This document shows, in pieces, positions 23,301 to 35,700 of a DNA stretch of 64,000 nt; position 1 is the stretch's first letter, and each line of letters opens with the position of its first letter. Both the position numbers and the translations under genes were made by a program. Source of the stretch: Lingula anatina (Eukaryota > Animalia > Brachiopoda); the NCBI GenBank assembly GCA_051362555.1, contig CM120648.1, positions 8,986,587 to 9,050,586 of the forward strand. The letters are read 5' to 3'. The notes beneath the pieces were generated by a model. That model had not been told where the DNA came from. It did no database searches and was given only the letters and a program-made list of their open reading frames with translations.

Positions 23301-26300
23301 GGCCCATGCCTGTATAATTAAACAAACAATAACTCATCTTCCATCATATGACATCCAAAAGTACATGTGTGAGTCTCTATCAGCAGGTGGCCTATGTATT
23401 TCAAAATCCTGAAGTGAGACATATATTTAACTAGAAAAGCACTCCAAGAGTGCAGACCTCCTCCAAGGTAGTGGTTTTTTATTATTGTTGATTATTGATT
23501 GATTATTGATCCGGATCACCACCAAAAACTAATCATCTCTTCCTTCGCCCACTTCTGACAGTTCCTGAAAATTTCATCAAAATCGGTCCATGCATAACTT
23601 TTTGAGTTATGTTGATGACAGACAGACAAACAAACAAACAAACAGGGGTGAAAACATAAGGGGAGGTAATTAGTGGTCTAGTGCGTCGATGTTTAGTTCA
23701 GTTCTGTGACATATGTAAATAAGTTACTGTACACTTAATAATACTAATGCCATATCGATGTTACATATGTGAGTACCGGTATATGTAAATCACGAACTGT
23801 ATGCTAAATGTTACTTACGCTTCTTCTAGCCCCCCAGGCACTGAGAAATGGATGCCTCTCTCCTCAGAGGGCCCGTACACCTTCATCAAGGACAATGAGC
23901 ATGCGGTGGACTTGAACATAAGTCTGGAGAAGGGGCGAGTCCATGACCAGTACAAATGTGTGGTGGATAACGGATATGTGCCAGTGGAGGTGTTGGCCTC
24001 CTTGAGACAAAGGGACACAGGTAAGAAGACAGGAGATTTGATTTGAATTTCTTTTTGATTTTTAATGTTCAACATTGTCAGTATTTTTATAGTTGCATGT
24101 ACTAGTATAGCAAATTTAAATTGAATATCCATTTAAGAAATCAACTGAATTTTATACCAAAAAAATTGCATATTTTACAGACAACTATTCACTTAAATAT
24201 TTTGATGATATTATTGTGTTTTTAATGAGATTTTTTATTTACTTAGTCAGTTAGATTTACTATGACCTTGAATTTGACCTTTGACCTACTTTTCACCATA
24301 ATCTGAACTTTGCAGAGATTTGCACATAGTTACTGTTGAGCATGGATGGCCGGGAGGTCTTATATTGGCAATGTTGCTGTGACCTTGAATTTGGTCTCTG
24401 ACTTACTTTTTGCCTTGAACTTAACATTGCAAAATGTCCAACCCTTATTTCTCCAAAACTGGCAGAGATGCACCCATAGTTGCTGCTGAACCTCAATAGC
24501 AAGTCATATATATATATATATATGATGTGACCTTGAATTTGAACTTGATTTACTTTTTCCCCACCATTAAGAAAAAAATTCTACAAAAAATTGTTTGTGG
24601 CTATCTTTAAAAAATACAGACATAAGCTTTAGGATTATGATGGATCAAGGAGCAAAAACGCATGTCACCCAGAATCTGCAGACATATTTGGGGAGAACAC
24701 ATTTTTTATGTATCTGATAAAATGCCATGAATATTTGGATGCACTTGCACATAGTTGTTATGAATTTTACTATTAGTTCAGTTCATAACCAAGGTTTGTT
24801 CTTTACTTTTAGGAACTAAAAAAACAGATGCTTCAGAGAAAGGAGGTCTCTCACCTGGTGCTATTATTGTCATAGTGATTGCCAGCATGACAGTTGTGTT
24901 CCTGATTTTTCTAGACATTCTTTGCTGCTTCAAATACAATCGTGGTGTGCTCATGTGCTTGTGCACTCACCTGCGTGGCAAGGAAATGCCCTGCGGTCCA
25001 GCTAACTGTAAAATAGCAGATGTGGAGAATGGAACTGGGTAGGTGATCCATATTGATATGCTCGTGCTTTCATCTTCTGATCCACTTCTCCACCTTCACC
25101 TCTGATCTTTCTTCCAGCCTCTTCTTGAATTGTAAGCACTATAGTCTCTCTGATAGTAGCTTTCTGTAAGGACTACAACATGCTCCCAAAGGACTCTCTG
25201 GATCAAAGAAAAATATCTTATCCATGTGGCTTTGTGACAAAGATGCCAAATAATGTTTCAGTTACCTTTGTTGAGCTGAGCTGAATTTCTTATAAGAAGT
25301 GGATTTGGGGTATGGCGCTGCTCCTGACTTAGGATTGGCTATTTTTTTGCACTGATGAGCATTTTTTTTTCATTAAATCTAAAAAATCATTTGTTTGGTG
25401 GTGGTAGAGGTTAACAAATGTTAACAAATGTTAATTCTGTTTGTAGATTGCCAGTAGTATCATCTTGTTTGAATTGTTACAGTAAGTTCGCTGTTCTTTC
25501 ATGTGTTGTCTTAGCATGTGCCCAGTCAAGCTGTGGATTAACAATTAACTGCTTTGGTTGAGAAATCTCCACTTGCTTGTCCTAACACAATAGTCAACCC
25601 AAAAAAATGTAACCAGCTATTGCAACTACTACAACAGACACCCAGAAATATACCGAGTTGTCACAATTTCCACAATGGATTACTAAAATGTGTCTATCTG
25701 TCACATTGTACCAACTTATGCCCAGATAAGACCAGTTGAAGTTCTTAAGAAGAAAGGGTGACAAATTAATCATGGCATTTGCTATATATATATAATTGTG
25801 ATATTTGTTTTGAGTTTGCAACCAGTATTTTATGAATTTATTTGAAAAGATTTTTTATCCAAACAGGGATAAAAAGGCTTATTCCCAAAAGTTAAAATCA
25901 AGCTGCCAAACAGAAAACTGTCTGAAATTGATGTCTTTCTATTCAAACTTCTTTAAACTGGCTCTGTCATCATAAGTGTAGTGTCAGTAAAATCGTCTTT
26001 GTTCATGTACACTCCCAAATAAATGAGTTATTCCTGACATTGTGTTGCTTTATTTGTTATCGCAGAGAATGTTAGCAAGCATTGCCTGAGGATGATAAGA
26101 TTCGGCCAATAGATGGAGCTATACTGAGGCAGCAAAGGAGTAAAATGCCCAGCATGAAAGTGTATTTGTTATATGTGATGTGTCCAGTGTCATTATCCTG
26201 TTATTTTTGCAAGCCTGTTTCAGCTAGCCTGTGCCCAGACCTTTAAACCTGTAGCTACAGTCAAAAAGGCCACCAAGGTCTGAGAATCTACAGGCATTAA

Positions 26301-27734
26301 AATAAGTCCGAACATTGGCTGCTAACAGAACAAAGCTGAAATGTGAAAAAAAAATGTTGGAAAACTGTCATAGCTCTTTATATGTTATGAAGTCTTCTTA
26401 GGGCCTAGCTAAACCTGTTGTTTAGTTCATCTAAATAAGCCAGAATTGCCATTGTGTTACATAAACTGTTAAACAAATGGCTTATTTTTCAAACCAACAA
26501 GTTATTTCATAGACAACTACAAATTTATTTGTGAGAAATTGGAAATATGGTGGCTTAAAGTTAAGACCAAACTTTAGTCCCAAATTCCATATTAACCGAA
26601 CCCCCTGCTCAATGACCTTGCCATTGTGGTGATTGGCATACTGTCCCAGGGATGACTCTAAACATTTTCCCATTGTCTGCTGGGATCAATAGCAAGGTAC
26701 AAATTAAAGTTAGGCTATTACAGCTTTGATGTAGTATACCTCAAAGGGCGGAGTTTTCATCAGCCTTGTTATGAAAAATGCATGTTTATTATTTTCATTA
26801 TTGTTGTTGTTGTGACTATTATTATGATTATTATTAAAATTTAAAAAAAAAACATCTAAATGTATTTTTTTATCTTCTTTTCAACTGGTTTGGTAAAATT
26901 AACTCCTTATGTTTTTATTTATTTTTCACTCACTTCAAAGGTGTTTTTAAAGCCAGTTAGTTGGGTACTTTTGAAATTAATATTTAGACGATGAATGCAT
27001 CCTCAATCATGTATGTTAATTCAAATAAGAGATGGGGGTAATTCAACCAGGAACATTTGGTTCTTTACTGTTCTCGCCACAAACATTTCAATAATGAGTT
27101 GACTGACAATTGCATGCTTAATATGTTACTAGTACTGGTTTTTATTGTCTTGCAGTGACGAGAAACAAAACCTTAAAGGTGACACAGAAACAGCTGATTG
27201 TGAAGATAAGAAGGTAATTACTTTTAATCCTTAAATTTTTATATTATTTTATTTGCATTTGTCAGCAGTAGAATACACTGAGACTAGAGAAAGAAAGTCA
27301 GAAGAAGATATATCATGCAAATCATAAAATGTTCATTGGTGTTCTCGAGATGTTTTTAAATTTCAGTTTTATGTAAATTTGCTCAAATTTGAAAAAAAAA
27401 GTTTTTTAAATTCTTTACTCAAGATGCATGTCCTGAGCATTTGGTAAACCTTTTTTTGCACTGTATTTTTAAATGGAGAACATTTTTGATAAATTCTTTA
27501 TATTTACTGTGTCAGTGGAGTTCTTTTTCAAAATGCCTGTCAAAATGAAAAGAAATTACTTATTTTTATGCTACTTCTGCTCATATGGTTGCATTGCTTT
27601 TGGAAATCCATATTTGTCGACATGTCATTGGACTGTGTTTGTTACACTTTTATTGGACTTTTATCATTTGTTTTTTTATATAGCCTGATGCAGGTCCAGA
27701 GGAGATAGAACTTGAGGAGAAGACCCCCCAATAA
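9511..27734 (+). CDS. Gene A: putative chimeric type-I membrane protein, SP - TNFR cysteine-rich domains - 3x Ig (L1/neuroglian-like) - NCAM-like TM/cytoplasmic tail (568 aa model)
   Basis: GT-AG exons 9511-9673, 10820-10934, 13445-13608, 15563-15686, 18091-18272, 18421-18564, 19980-20129, 20554-20692, 23830-24020, 24813-25038, 27156-27213, 27684-27734. All phases are compatible: 1707 nt, no internal stop. The exon 3-4 join is inferred. Confidence 0.65.
11809..11984. mobile_element. Fold-back MITE (TA-flanked, CTCTACCAGGG termini); related copies 19045-19176, 19547-19684, degenerate ~49259-49384
   Basis: Near-perfect hairpin TACTCTCTACCAGGGCGA...TCGCCCTGGTAGAGGGTA, repeated in the window. 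Confidence 0.8.
12308..12652. mobile_element. TTAA-flanked non-autonomous DNA transposon (Kolobok-like termini AGGGATAATAACTC)
   Basis: TIR TTAAAGGGATAATAACTC / GAGTTATTATCmCTTTAA. Copies at 17734-18066 and 31048-31639. Confidence 0.75.
14255..14884 (+). mobile_element. 5'-truncated Penelope-like retroelement fragment (GIY-YIG endonuclease), with in-frame stop
   Basis: IPFISTYNP...CEVPRCGTC...FTCTSSNLIYALTCSGCGENYIGQTG..L*HRMTVH..E..FINKYKPTLN. TGA at 14672-14674. Flanked by (TA)n tracts. Confidence 0.88.
15563..27734 (+). CDS. Gene A 3' module: Ig-superfamily cell-adhesion-like protein (3 Ig domains, TM, short acidic tail)
   Basis: Ig motifs LNCDCSEKPDPTIGWYK..DHEGTYRC; FECDAEGIPTP..QCNVSNKHGYLLANINLNVL (L1/NrCAM Ig4-like); FNCSARGDPSTPLNFSW..YKCVVDNG. 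TM GLSPGAIIVIVIASMTVVFLIFLDILCCFKYNRGVLMCLC (NCAM-like). Confidence 0.88.
15892..16097. mobile_element. ~210-230 bp MITE family (TTA/TAA-flanked, PIF/Harbinger-like); copies ~31121-31338, 33831-34051, 41551-41781, 50269-50500
   Basis: Shared core GGGGGTTCACGCTAAA..GTAGGCGGG..GAGACTCCCC and imperfect TIRs CCCATTCCCA..GATCGATC. Confidence 0.8.
17734..18066. mobile_element. Second copy of TTAA-flanked non-autonomous element
   Basis: Same TIRs and internal sequence as 12308-12652. Ends ~25 nt before the exon 5 acceptor of gene A. Confidence 0.75.
19730..19959. mobile_element. TAA-flanked MITE with long TIRs; related copy ~28134-28402
   Basis: GTTCACATG-AAAATCTATTTTCTAAAAATC... / ...GATTTTTAGAAAATAGATTTTTCATGTGAAC inverted arms. 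Confidence 0.75.
20928..23143 (+). repeat. Helentron/HINE-like non-autonomous repeat with internal ~160-170 bp and ~400 bp tandem subunits; shorter relatives ~11075 and ~12857-13272
   Basis: T-run + TGTACAGACA..TGTCTGTACA 5' palindrome; 3' TGTCTGTACA + ACAGCTTTGCTG hairpin + T; repeated AAAATGCAGGTCAAGTTCGAAAAT units. Confidence 0.55.
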
Positions 27735-30700
27735 AAATCATGCAGAGGAGAACAATGAAGAAAGAGAAAGAGAAGAAAGGAAAATGCATTACCATCCTTC
27801 CAGATACTATGAAAAGAAAGAAATAAAGATGAAATATAAGAAATTAAAAAATGAATTAATGGCTGGATCAATTAATGGAAGAATTCTATTTTAACAGAGT
27901 AAAATCAGTAGATTTTGAATCTAGGGCAGCCATCTAAAACTTGAAATGCTTTATTATGCTTACCCAGAAAGTACTTTTTTTTTATTAGGAAACAATGACA
28001 GATAAGTCAATTTGTCTTTGAAAGTTTGTTACAATCTCAAATATTTGGCAACATTCCCATTTAAGATGAAATTATATTAACACTACAGTATTATGTTATA
28101 ATAGGGTACCTTTATATAGATTTGGATGGTGCTTAAGGCACCGTTCACATGAAACATCCGAATTCTAAAAATCCATTAGTGGTATTAATGGTACCCTGAA
28201 TACCCCGCGGTGCAATTAACAAACAGAGCGAGTGAGTTGTTTCCAAAGCTGTACTTAATTCTCAGCTGTGCTTGGAGGAGATTCTGACGCCTGCTAGTTA
28301 ATTGCACTGTGGGGTATTCAGGGCACAGACCGTGATCACTTGATACTGCCAATAGATTTTTGGATTTTTAGAATTTGGATTTTTCATGTGAACCGTGCCT
28401 AAAAGGTTGTTCTTGTCAGCTTCCCCCTCCCACTGTACATCACACGCTTAATGATTTTGAAATATTTATTCACCATTTTGCATTTAGCCAAGCAAACGAA
28501 GATTTAAAAAACAGGCTGAACAGTAAATTGGCATTTTTAGACATTACAGTCAAAATATGAGTAATTTTATTCATATATTTATATTGTAGGTTAATCAGTT
28601 TACTTTTTGAAATATATTTCTCATTGGGTATTTGAGAACATTAGCATATAATTCTATGAATATTGGTATCAGTGCTTCAGTTTAATCAGGAAACTTAATC
28701 ATTCCATGACATTTTGTTTAGAATTTTTAACATCTTCCATGTGATTCCAAATTGCAAGGTGATTGAGGATTGATGCTTTTAATCTCATTATCTAGTCGGT
28801 ATATAGAAAGGAAGGAAAAGTTACAGATAAGTCCTGATGATGTCAAAATTTACCATCACATCTATGGTGCATTTTTTTTTTCAATGTATTTGGTGAACAG
28901 TCATTATCAGACAGCGTTGCCTGTATCAAGAAACAACGAAACTGCTGCCTCAGTTCCAAAATCAAGGTTTCTTTATTCAATTTTAATCACATTTTTTAAC
29001 AATTTGCCAGTCAAAATAACATTTTTATCATGTGTAACTTTTTTTTTACTTTACACAGTGAGGTGCATAATGACTATATATGTAAACTGAACATAGTTTA
29101 AAAACCTTCAGAAGTCTGATTAATTTATTTCATTTTGTTGCGTTGGACAATTTATTATTTTATTTATAATTTTATTTTATGGTTTGTAGTGAATAATAGT
29201 TCAAGTATTCAGTTACTATGGATACAGAAAAACATTATAGTTTAAGTATCTGATGTCCTAAAGTCACCACTATCTAGTATTCTTAGAGTGGTTTTGTAAC
29301 TTAAACAAGTCTGACAACAGAGACCCTTCCTAGGAACAATTAACACGTACAGTATGTGGAATATATCTCAGCATACCCAGAAATAGTTGCTTTTCTGTTT
29401 GAGAGTTGTTCTATATGATTCTCTTCATGATAGTATAATGTTCATTCAAAAACAACCCTTGAAACTACGTATTTCAATATATTTGTTGGATTCCAGGACA
29501 ATCCCCCACCCCCCGAACATTTCCCCCCAAGGAATATATTTATATACAAATATGAAGTAAAGTTTTAAGGACAAAACATTTCATCCTTTTTCTTTCAAAA
29601 TATTTTTAATGTGATAATGCAACACCATCATTTAACGGACTATCTTATAACAAATTCCTTTTATTTATTAAATATCCAGAATCAAAGTAAAACCACCTAT
29701 CTTCCAGGTTAAGGTGGGGTAAAGAGATGAACGGGTACACAACATTTTATGAATATTTTTATTGAAGTGGGTAGTGGACAAGCAATTAAAAGTGACAGAT
29801 AATCAACGAGATACCAAGATAAGTGGGAAAATAAGTTTACCAAACCTCTACCTAGAGATGCACCTTGATTCAAAGCAGGCAACTTGATCAATTAAAAGTA
29901 ACAGTTAATTCATCAAAGGGTTACCTAGATCAGTTTGAACATTTGTTTACCCCACCTTTAACTGGAGCTATACTTTGATTAGATTTTTGCTAAATTTTCT
30001 GTACTCAGATCTATTTCAAAAACTTTCTGTGTTTGTACTCCATGAAAAGCATTTGTTAAATGAAATTAATATTCTGTCTTCGAGTTGCATCATCACACTA
30101 AGAAACCACAGTATTGAAGACTACAGTATTTTAAAAAGTGTTATAAGTATTTTAAAAACTTTGATACATGATGTATCATTAACTTTATCAGTGCATGGAA
30201 GCCTTTGTCTCATAAAATCCACACTTGGGAAACCAAGATGTATACTAGTAAGTAGCTTTAGATTATATTTCACATCTAGCAGTTCAAAATTGTTAAAATG
30301 TCCTTTGTTTCAAGCTCATAATCTGTTAGTTATCAAGCACTAACATGGGAGTTACCCAGGGTGCTTACCATGAAGGGGTGGACTGATGTCTGAAGTTACC
30401 AGTCAGTTTATAATTAAGTTAAATGATTGACAAGTTTAGCATAAATATCTGTGAACTTATATCTAGAGGAGGATAAACAGGAGATTGAGATAGGGGGAGA
30501 GACTGAGGAGAGATCAGTTTGACGTTGAGAAGTTACATTTCTTGTAAAATGTTGGGAAATATATTCTGTTGAAGTTGCAACATGAAGTTGTTTTATTCTT
30601 TTCTGTGTGCATATATAAGACATAGAACCTGGGAATCTCTGTAGCAGTATTTCAGATTGCATCATCATCAAGGATATGAGCCCATTGTGCCCAACCCCTG

Positions 30701-31047
30701 GGGTTTTATTATCAAAGGTATATGTCATGTAATGTGGGGGACGGGCGGTCATTAAAAGGGTCCCCCACAAGTGGCAAGCTTGCCAGGACATGTCTGGAAC
30801 AGTGCAAAATTAAGCTATGAATCAAATTTAGAAACGGCCTTTTTAATAATTCATGCAAAAATTTATGTGATCATGGACACTAACGTCATTCAAGTTTAGA
30901 GAAAGTTGTATTTTTGCTAAAGTCATTCAAGAACAGTACATTTCTAACTAGCTGAAAAGATTATCCCTTTAAAAGAAGTCATGGGTGGGCTTAAAAGCAA
31001 TTATTGCTTCAATAACCAGAGAATTATATCCGATATAATTCCCTGCT

Positions 31048-31639
31048 TTAAAGGGATAATAACTCTTTGTATTTGTATGAGATCTATATTTCACAATAAA
31101 AACATTGTGAATAACTCAAACACCCCATTTTCAGATCGATCTATCCCTGTGGGGAGTCTCACTAGATTACTGTCAGCTTGGCCAGCTTAAGCGTCTGTCC
31201 CGCCTACTAAAAGCCGTAAAGGGGTAATTTACTATGGTGCCCGCTCGGCTGACTGCAATTTAGCGTGAACCCCCAGGGAGTTAGGTCGATCTAAATTTTA
31301 ATCCCTGGATCGATCTAAATCTCTGGAAATATACCCATAGAAATACATTCTGTTTTACCACAAAAACAGCAGTTAAAGCTATTATTCTGATATCTGAGCT
31401 TGTCTTCAGACCACGTGACCTCCATTGATGGCTATACTCTGTTAAAATCTCTTAAGAGATTTTAACAAAAAAACAAACTTTTTAGAAAAAAAACAGGGAC
31501 TAATTTTAAATGTAAAAATGGATTCATTAACCATTGGTAAGTATGGGAAAATTCTTGTTTACTCCAGGAAAATTCTTTTTTTTTTTTTTTTTTGGGGGGG
31601 GGGGGGGGGGGGCGAAACAAAGAGTTATTATCCCTTTAA
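31048..31639. mobile_element. Third copy of TTAA-flanked element with a nested GATCGATC-type MITE (~31121-31338)
   Basis: The element sequence is interrupted after ...GAATAACTC and resumes after the MITE. Confidence 0.75.
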
Positions 31640-32527
31640 CAAATATCACTACCTGGCAAGGAAAACAAGTCAAACAAGACTATTTCTCATCAATTCTATA
31701 TAGCACAGTATTTCTTAGGATCAGTGAGACCCTTATCACAAGGGATACTAGGGTGATAAGAAACGAAGGCAAGAATATAATTTCTCCTTTGCGACAGTGA
31801 TTGCACGTGTAATTTCAACTCCACAAGTCGTCCCTGATACTATACATGTACATGCGCACGCTTAATGACGACTGACTAGTAACTGTGGGATATTTAGGAA
31901 ATTTAGAAAGTGTTCTTTACCCTGAAATAACTAAAATTACGTCAAACAAGAGACAAATTATAAGCAAGTAACCTTTTTGGGGCACGACTTAAATATTCTA
32001 GTTGCCTGAACCTTGGACATAATGACGTCATTATGTCCAAGCCTGAACAGATCCTCCCCCCCCCCCCCCCTCCCCTACTATCTGTCATTGGTAATTTCAT
32101 TTCATTGGTAATTATCTTAGCTTGAGCAATTAGGCAAGAAGGCACGTCTACTACATATGGGATGTCATGAGCCTGTAATTCCAGAATAAACAACCAGGCA
32201 GAAAACACTATATATGGATCAAGCGTAACTGTTACATGACTATTTAAACTCTTTAGCCTCAGCGGGTACCTGCTCTCTGACATGACCCACTGAGGACAGA
32301 GGTATTTTGGATACTATTGCACATGCGCGCCAATGATAAAGAATAGACTATTTATCGGCACGCCCTACATTGTTAGACGGTGAGGTAATTGATAACCACC
32401 GCGAGACCGAGCTGCGAGATGTCAGTTAATGTGAGTTTTTACTATTAAAATTAATGTATTAGCTGCAGTTTTTAACAAATATCACAACACACTGTTATAT
32501 TAAAAACATAATGTGAGATTCCTCCGC

Positions 32528-32755
32528 AGAAGGTTGTAGAAGGTTCTTGAAAGTTCGAGAAGCCTCGATTTGAGTAGGGGAATCCCCCCCAAAGTTTAGA
32601 AAACTTTACCGCGGCACAGGAGTAACTTGGCTCATTCTTACGCAATAATATAAAATATCAACAGTATATTTTACGAGCACCAGACAATTTAAAACGTACA
32701 GAGACAAACGATTGGCGAACACTGTGAGAAATACAAAGAACAGTCTGATTCGCAG
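32528..32755 (+). promoter_or_regulatory. Candidate promoter / first non-coding exon of gene B: heat-shock element, NF-kB site, TATA box, splice donor
   Basis: aGAAg gTTCt tGAAa gTTCg aGAAg (32538-32562), GGGGAATCCCC (32577-32587), TATAAAA (32649-32655), CAG|GTGAGT donor at 32756. Confidence 0.55.
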
Positions 32756-35700
32756 GTGAGTGGCACAACAGTCAACAGGTGGGTGTTTTTAAAACTTTTT
32801 TCTTCATGTCTTACTGCGTAGTTTAAGTATGACTAATTACACATGTACTTAACTTCAGGTTAATATTGTATTCAGCTTCGTAAAGAGAATACTTCATGGA
32901 ACATGAGAAACTCTGAATCTTTGTTTTCATAAAAATCAAGCCTTGAAGCCGTAGATTTAGTGTTAAGATTGAATAAATGAGACGAGGAGATTGGGGCAGT
33001 TTGGCCCATTGATCGAGACACTTATAGACTTGCAGATCGAATCAACTAGTTTAGAACAAGTTTAAAAGATTTGCTTCATGCCGTCAGAATGGCCTGAACG
33101 GAACATATTCTTCAGAAAACATGTCCAACTAACGATATCTTTATTCAAATACACAAATTAAAAGCTCATTTTGTAAATTTTTGGCTTTAGAAAACGTCCT
33201 ATTTGCCCGGCCTGGGAGTTAATGAGTCACATGGTCACGTGGTCCGATGACGACAATCGTGCCACCGGAGAACAGAGCGTGCTAAGCTGTCAAACTGAGC
33301 TGCATTGTCTACCTGTAAGATGACTTCTCTGGCTTCTGATAAAAGTTTATACTCATTCAAATCTCTTACCCGAGGGGTCTAAATCCTCGTAGGGCTGTGT
33401 AAAATCATTTCCCGTCTAGTCAATTCTTTAACAAGCATTTAATTATGGTTATCCCAAGTTGTATAAAACACTGCATTTGAATGAGTTAAGGGTACTGTTG
33501 ATTACTGCATATGAGGTCCATGTTATTTGTGAAATTCAATAAATTTTATTAAACCGCTGACACTCCGTCTTGCATACTTTTATTAAACTGAGGTAAACAA
33601 TGCCCGTTACCTTTACAAGTCCTATCTTAATCATCCATCTAACTGGAACTTCCTTTACCTCTTAATTAGACGGTTAAATGACATTCAATTTGTCTTGCTT
33701 GTATGGAACACACTCTAAGCTTTACTCCAGTTATCTCAGGTAAAAATCTATCTGTGCGTTAGTTTCAAAGAGCAGCTCCCGTAGACCTGGGGGTACTAGA
33801 TAAAATCTGAACACCAGGTTTATCGAGGAGTTACACCCCATTTCCATAGATTAGATCGATCTACTTTAGATCGACCTAACTCCCTGGGGGTTCACGCTAA
33901 ATAGCTGTCAGCCGGGCAGACACGAAAGTTAATTACCTCCTTACAGCTTGTAGTAGGCGGGACGGACATTTAAGTCGGATTATCTGAAAGTAATCTAGTG
34001 AGACTCCCCGCGGGGATAGATCGATCTAAAACCTATGGGAATAGAGCCTTAGAGAAAGAAAGGAAGAATTTTTCCTGCACAGCTTCATAGGAATTTTAAC
34101 ACGGACTTGATCCAGCTTAGACCTCCAAACTAACAGGGTGACATGGGCAATTTTCACAAACAAATCATAAAACTATATTTCAGTTAGCCGCCTTTAAAAT
34201 AAATATACCGTTCTGGGTAAATTAGAATATTTATTAAATCACGAGAATATTTTTGACTTCAATGATGATTTTATTATAAATGGGAATTAAGCTACTATAT
34301 GAGGTACATTTGCTGTGATTACGCTATCCTTCATGTTTTGCGTAAGTCTACATTTTGCTGTACGTGCTTGTAATTTTTTAAAATCCGTGCGTACAATTTT
34401 TGCAGGTCTGGTTACGCCCCTGTTATGAGATGAGAGTCTTAATTTTGCAATTAGTTCCTTAGCTTATTTAAATAGAATTGCAGTGTAAAATTTCAACAAG
34501 ATGTTGGCGAAATAGCCCTTTACTCTTTGTAGATATTTCCCCCGTCAAAGTTTGTCTAAAATTATCTTTCAATCTTTACTCTTTCAAAGATGGTATAAAG
34601 TTATCTGACATATTTTCGTGTTAACTTAATAAGCCAAGTGTCCCCAGTTCATTCCATACTCAATTTTACCCAAGCAAATTTTTTTCTTGGGTAGACCTTT
34701 ATAGCACGGTGTTATAAGCTTACAAATTTGCAAAAAGTTTTGCGTACAGACGCAGAATTTGCGTTTCAAGTTATAAAATGATCAATCTTTTAAATTATTT
34801 AATATTTCAGATGAAATAATCTTCAGAAACAAATCCTCAAGGCATAAACGAATTAGGATTACGAACCATTTTATTACAGCCGTTCCCATTTTTTATGTAA
34901 TATAACGTTCTTTTTCCTGTTTTTCCTCAACACGTTTTCTTCCACGGAAGTATAGCCTGGGCATACGCATGCTTCAAGATACCCTGAGAGCAATTTCTTT
35001 TATTAATGTTCGCGACCGTGTTTGAACTTAATTGTTTAAATATTGATATTTAACGTCATTTACAAATACCAATAAAATAACCATATGAAATAAATAAGAT
35101 ATATTGAAAAATATGAAAGCCCACCAAGACGAGTTTCATACCTGTTATTACCTGGGTTGGGAAGTGCAGCGGTGCATATTTAACAGGTTTGTTGTAAACG
35201 AGCTTTTGGTCAACTACAATGCATTTAAAATGCATCAGCAATCAGTAAGTTTGCCAACTGATGACAGTTAATCTGAAAGACTACCAGCTCTTGATATGAT
35301 CTAAACCACCTGAGGTGACCATGATGCACTTTTTTTTTTTTGAAAGCGTTGTAGCCATTTTTTTATGCTAGAATAGAACGTGAAAATTTTCAAAAGTAAT
35401 CAGAAATGTTATTTTTAGAACAATTTTTTTTAGTTAAGACTGTTTATGTGATTTCAACATGTCAGATAGACCAATTCAATTGAAAAAAATGTCAGTAGCA
35501 GGCCTGTAACCAAAATTTTCAAAGAGGGTTTCCTTTTTTTGAATAAGTCGATCTACATAATACTATTAAGGTTGTTTGAAACTTTGATGATTCAGCTAGA
35601 AGAGGCCATTTCCTGGTCAAAAGAGTGTCTTTCAGAACCGTCCCACCCCCTTGAACCCCCCTCCCACCCCCACCCCATGTCCGCAGGCCTAGCTAGTTAC

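Noticed and set aside
27712-27894. Charged 60-aa ORF overlapping the end of gene A
   Set aside because: Different frame from the spliced model, which stops at 27734; purine-rich low-complexity 3' UTR is the simpler reading.
29975-30791. 122- and 125-aa ORFs in the A-B intergenic region
   Set aside because: No recognisable motifs or exon structure; consistent with chance ORFs in AT-rich or repeat DNA.
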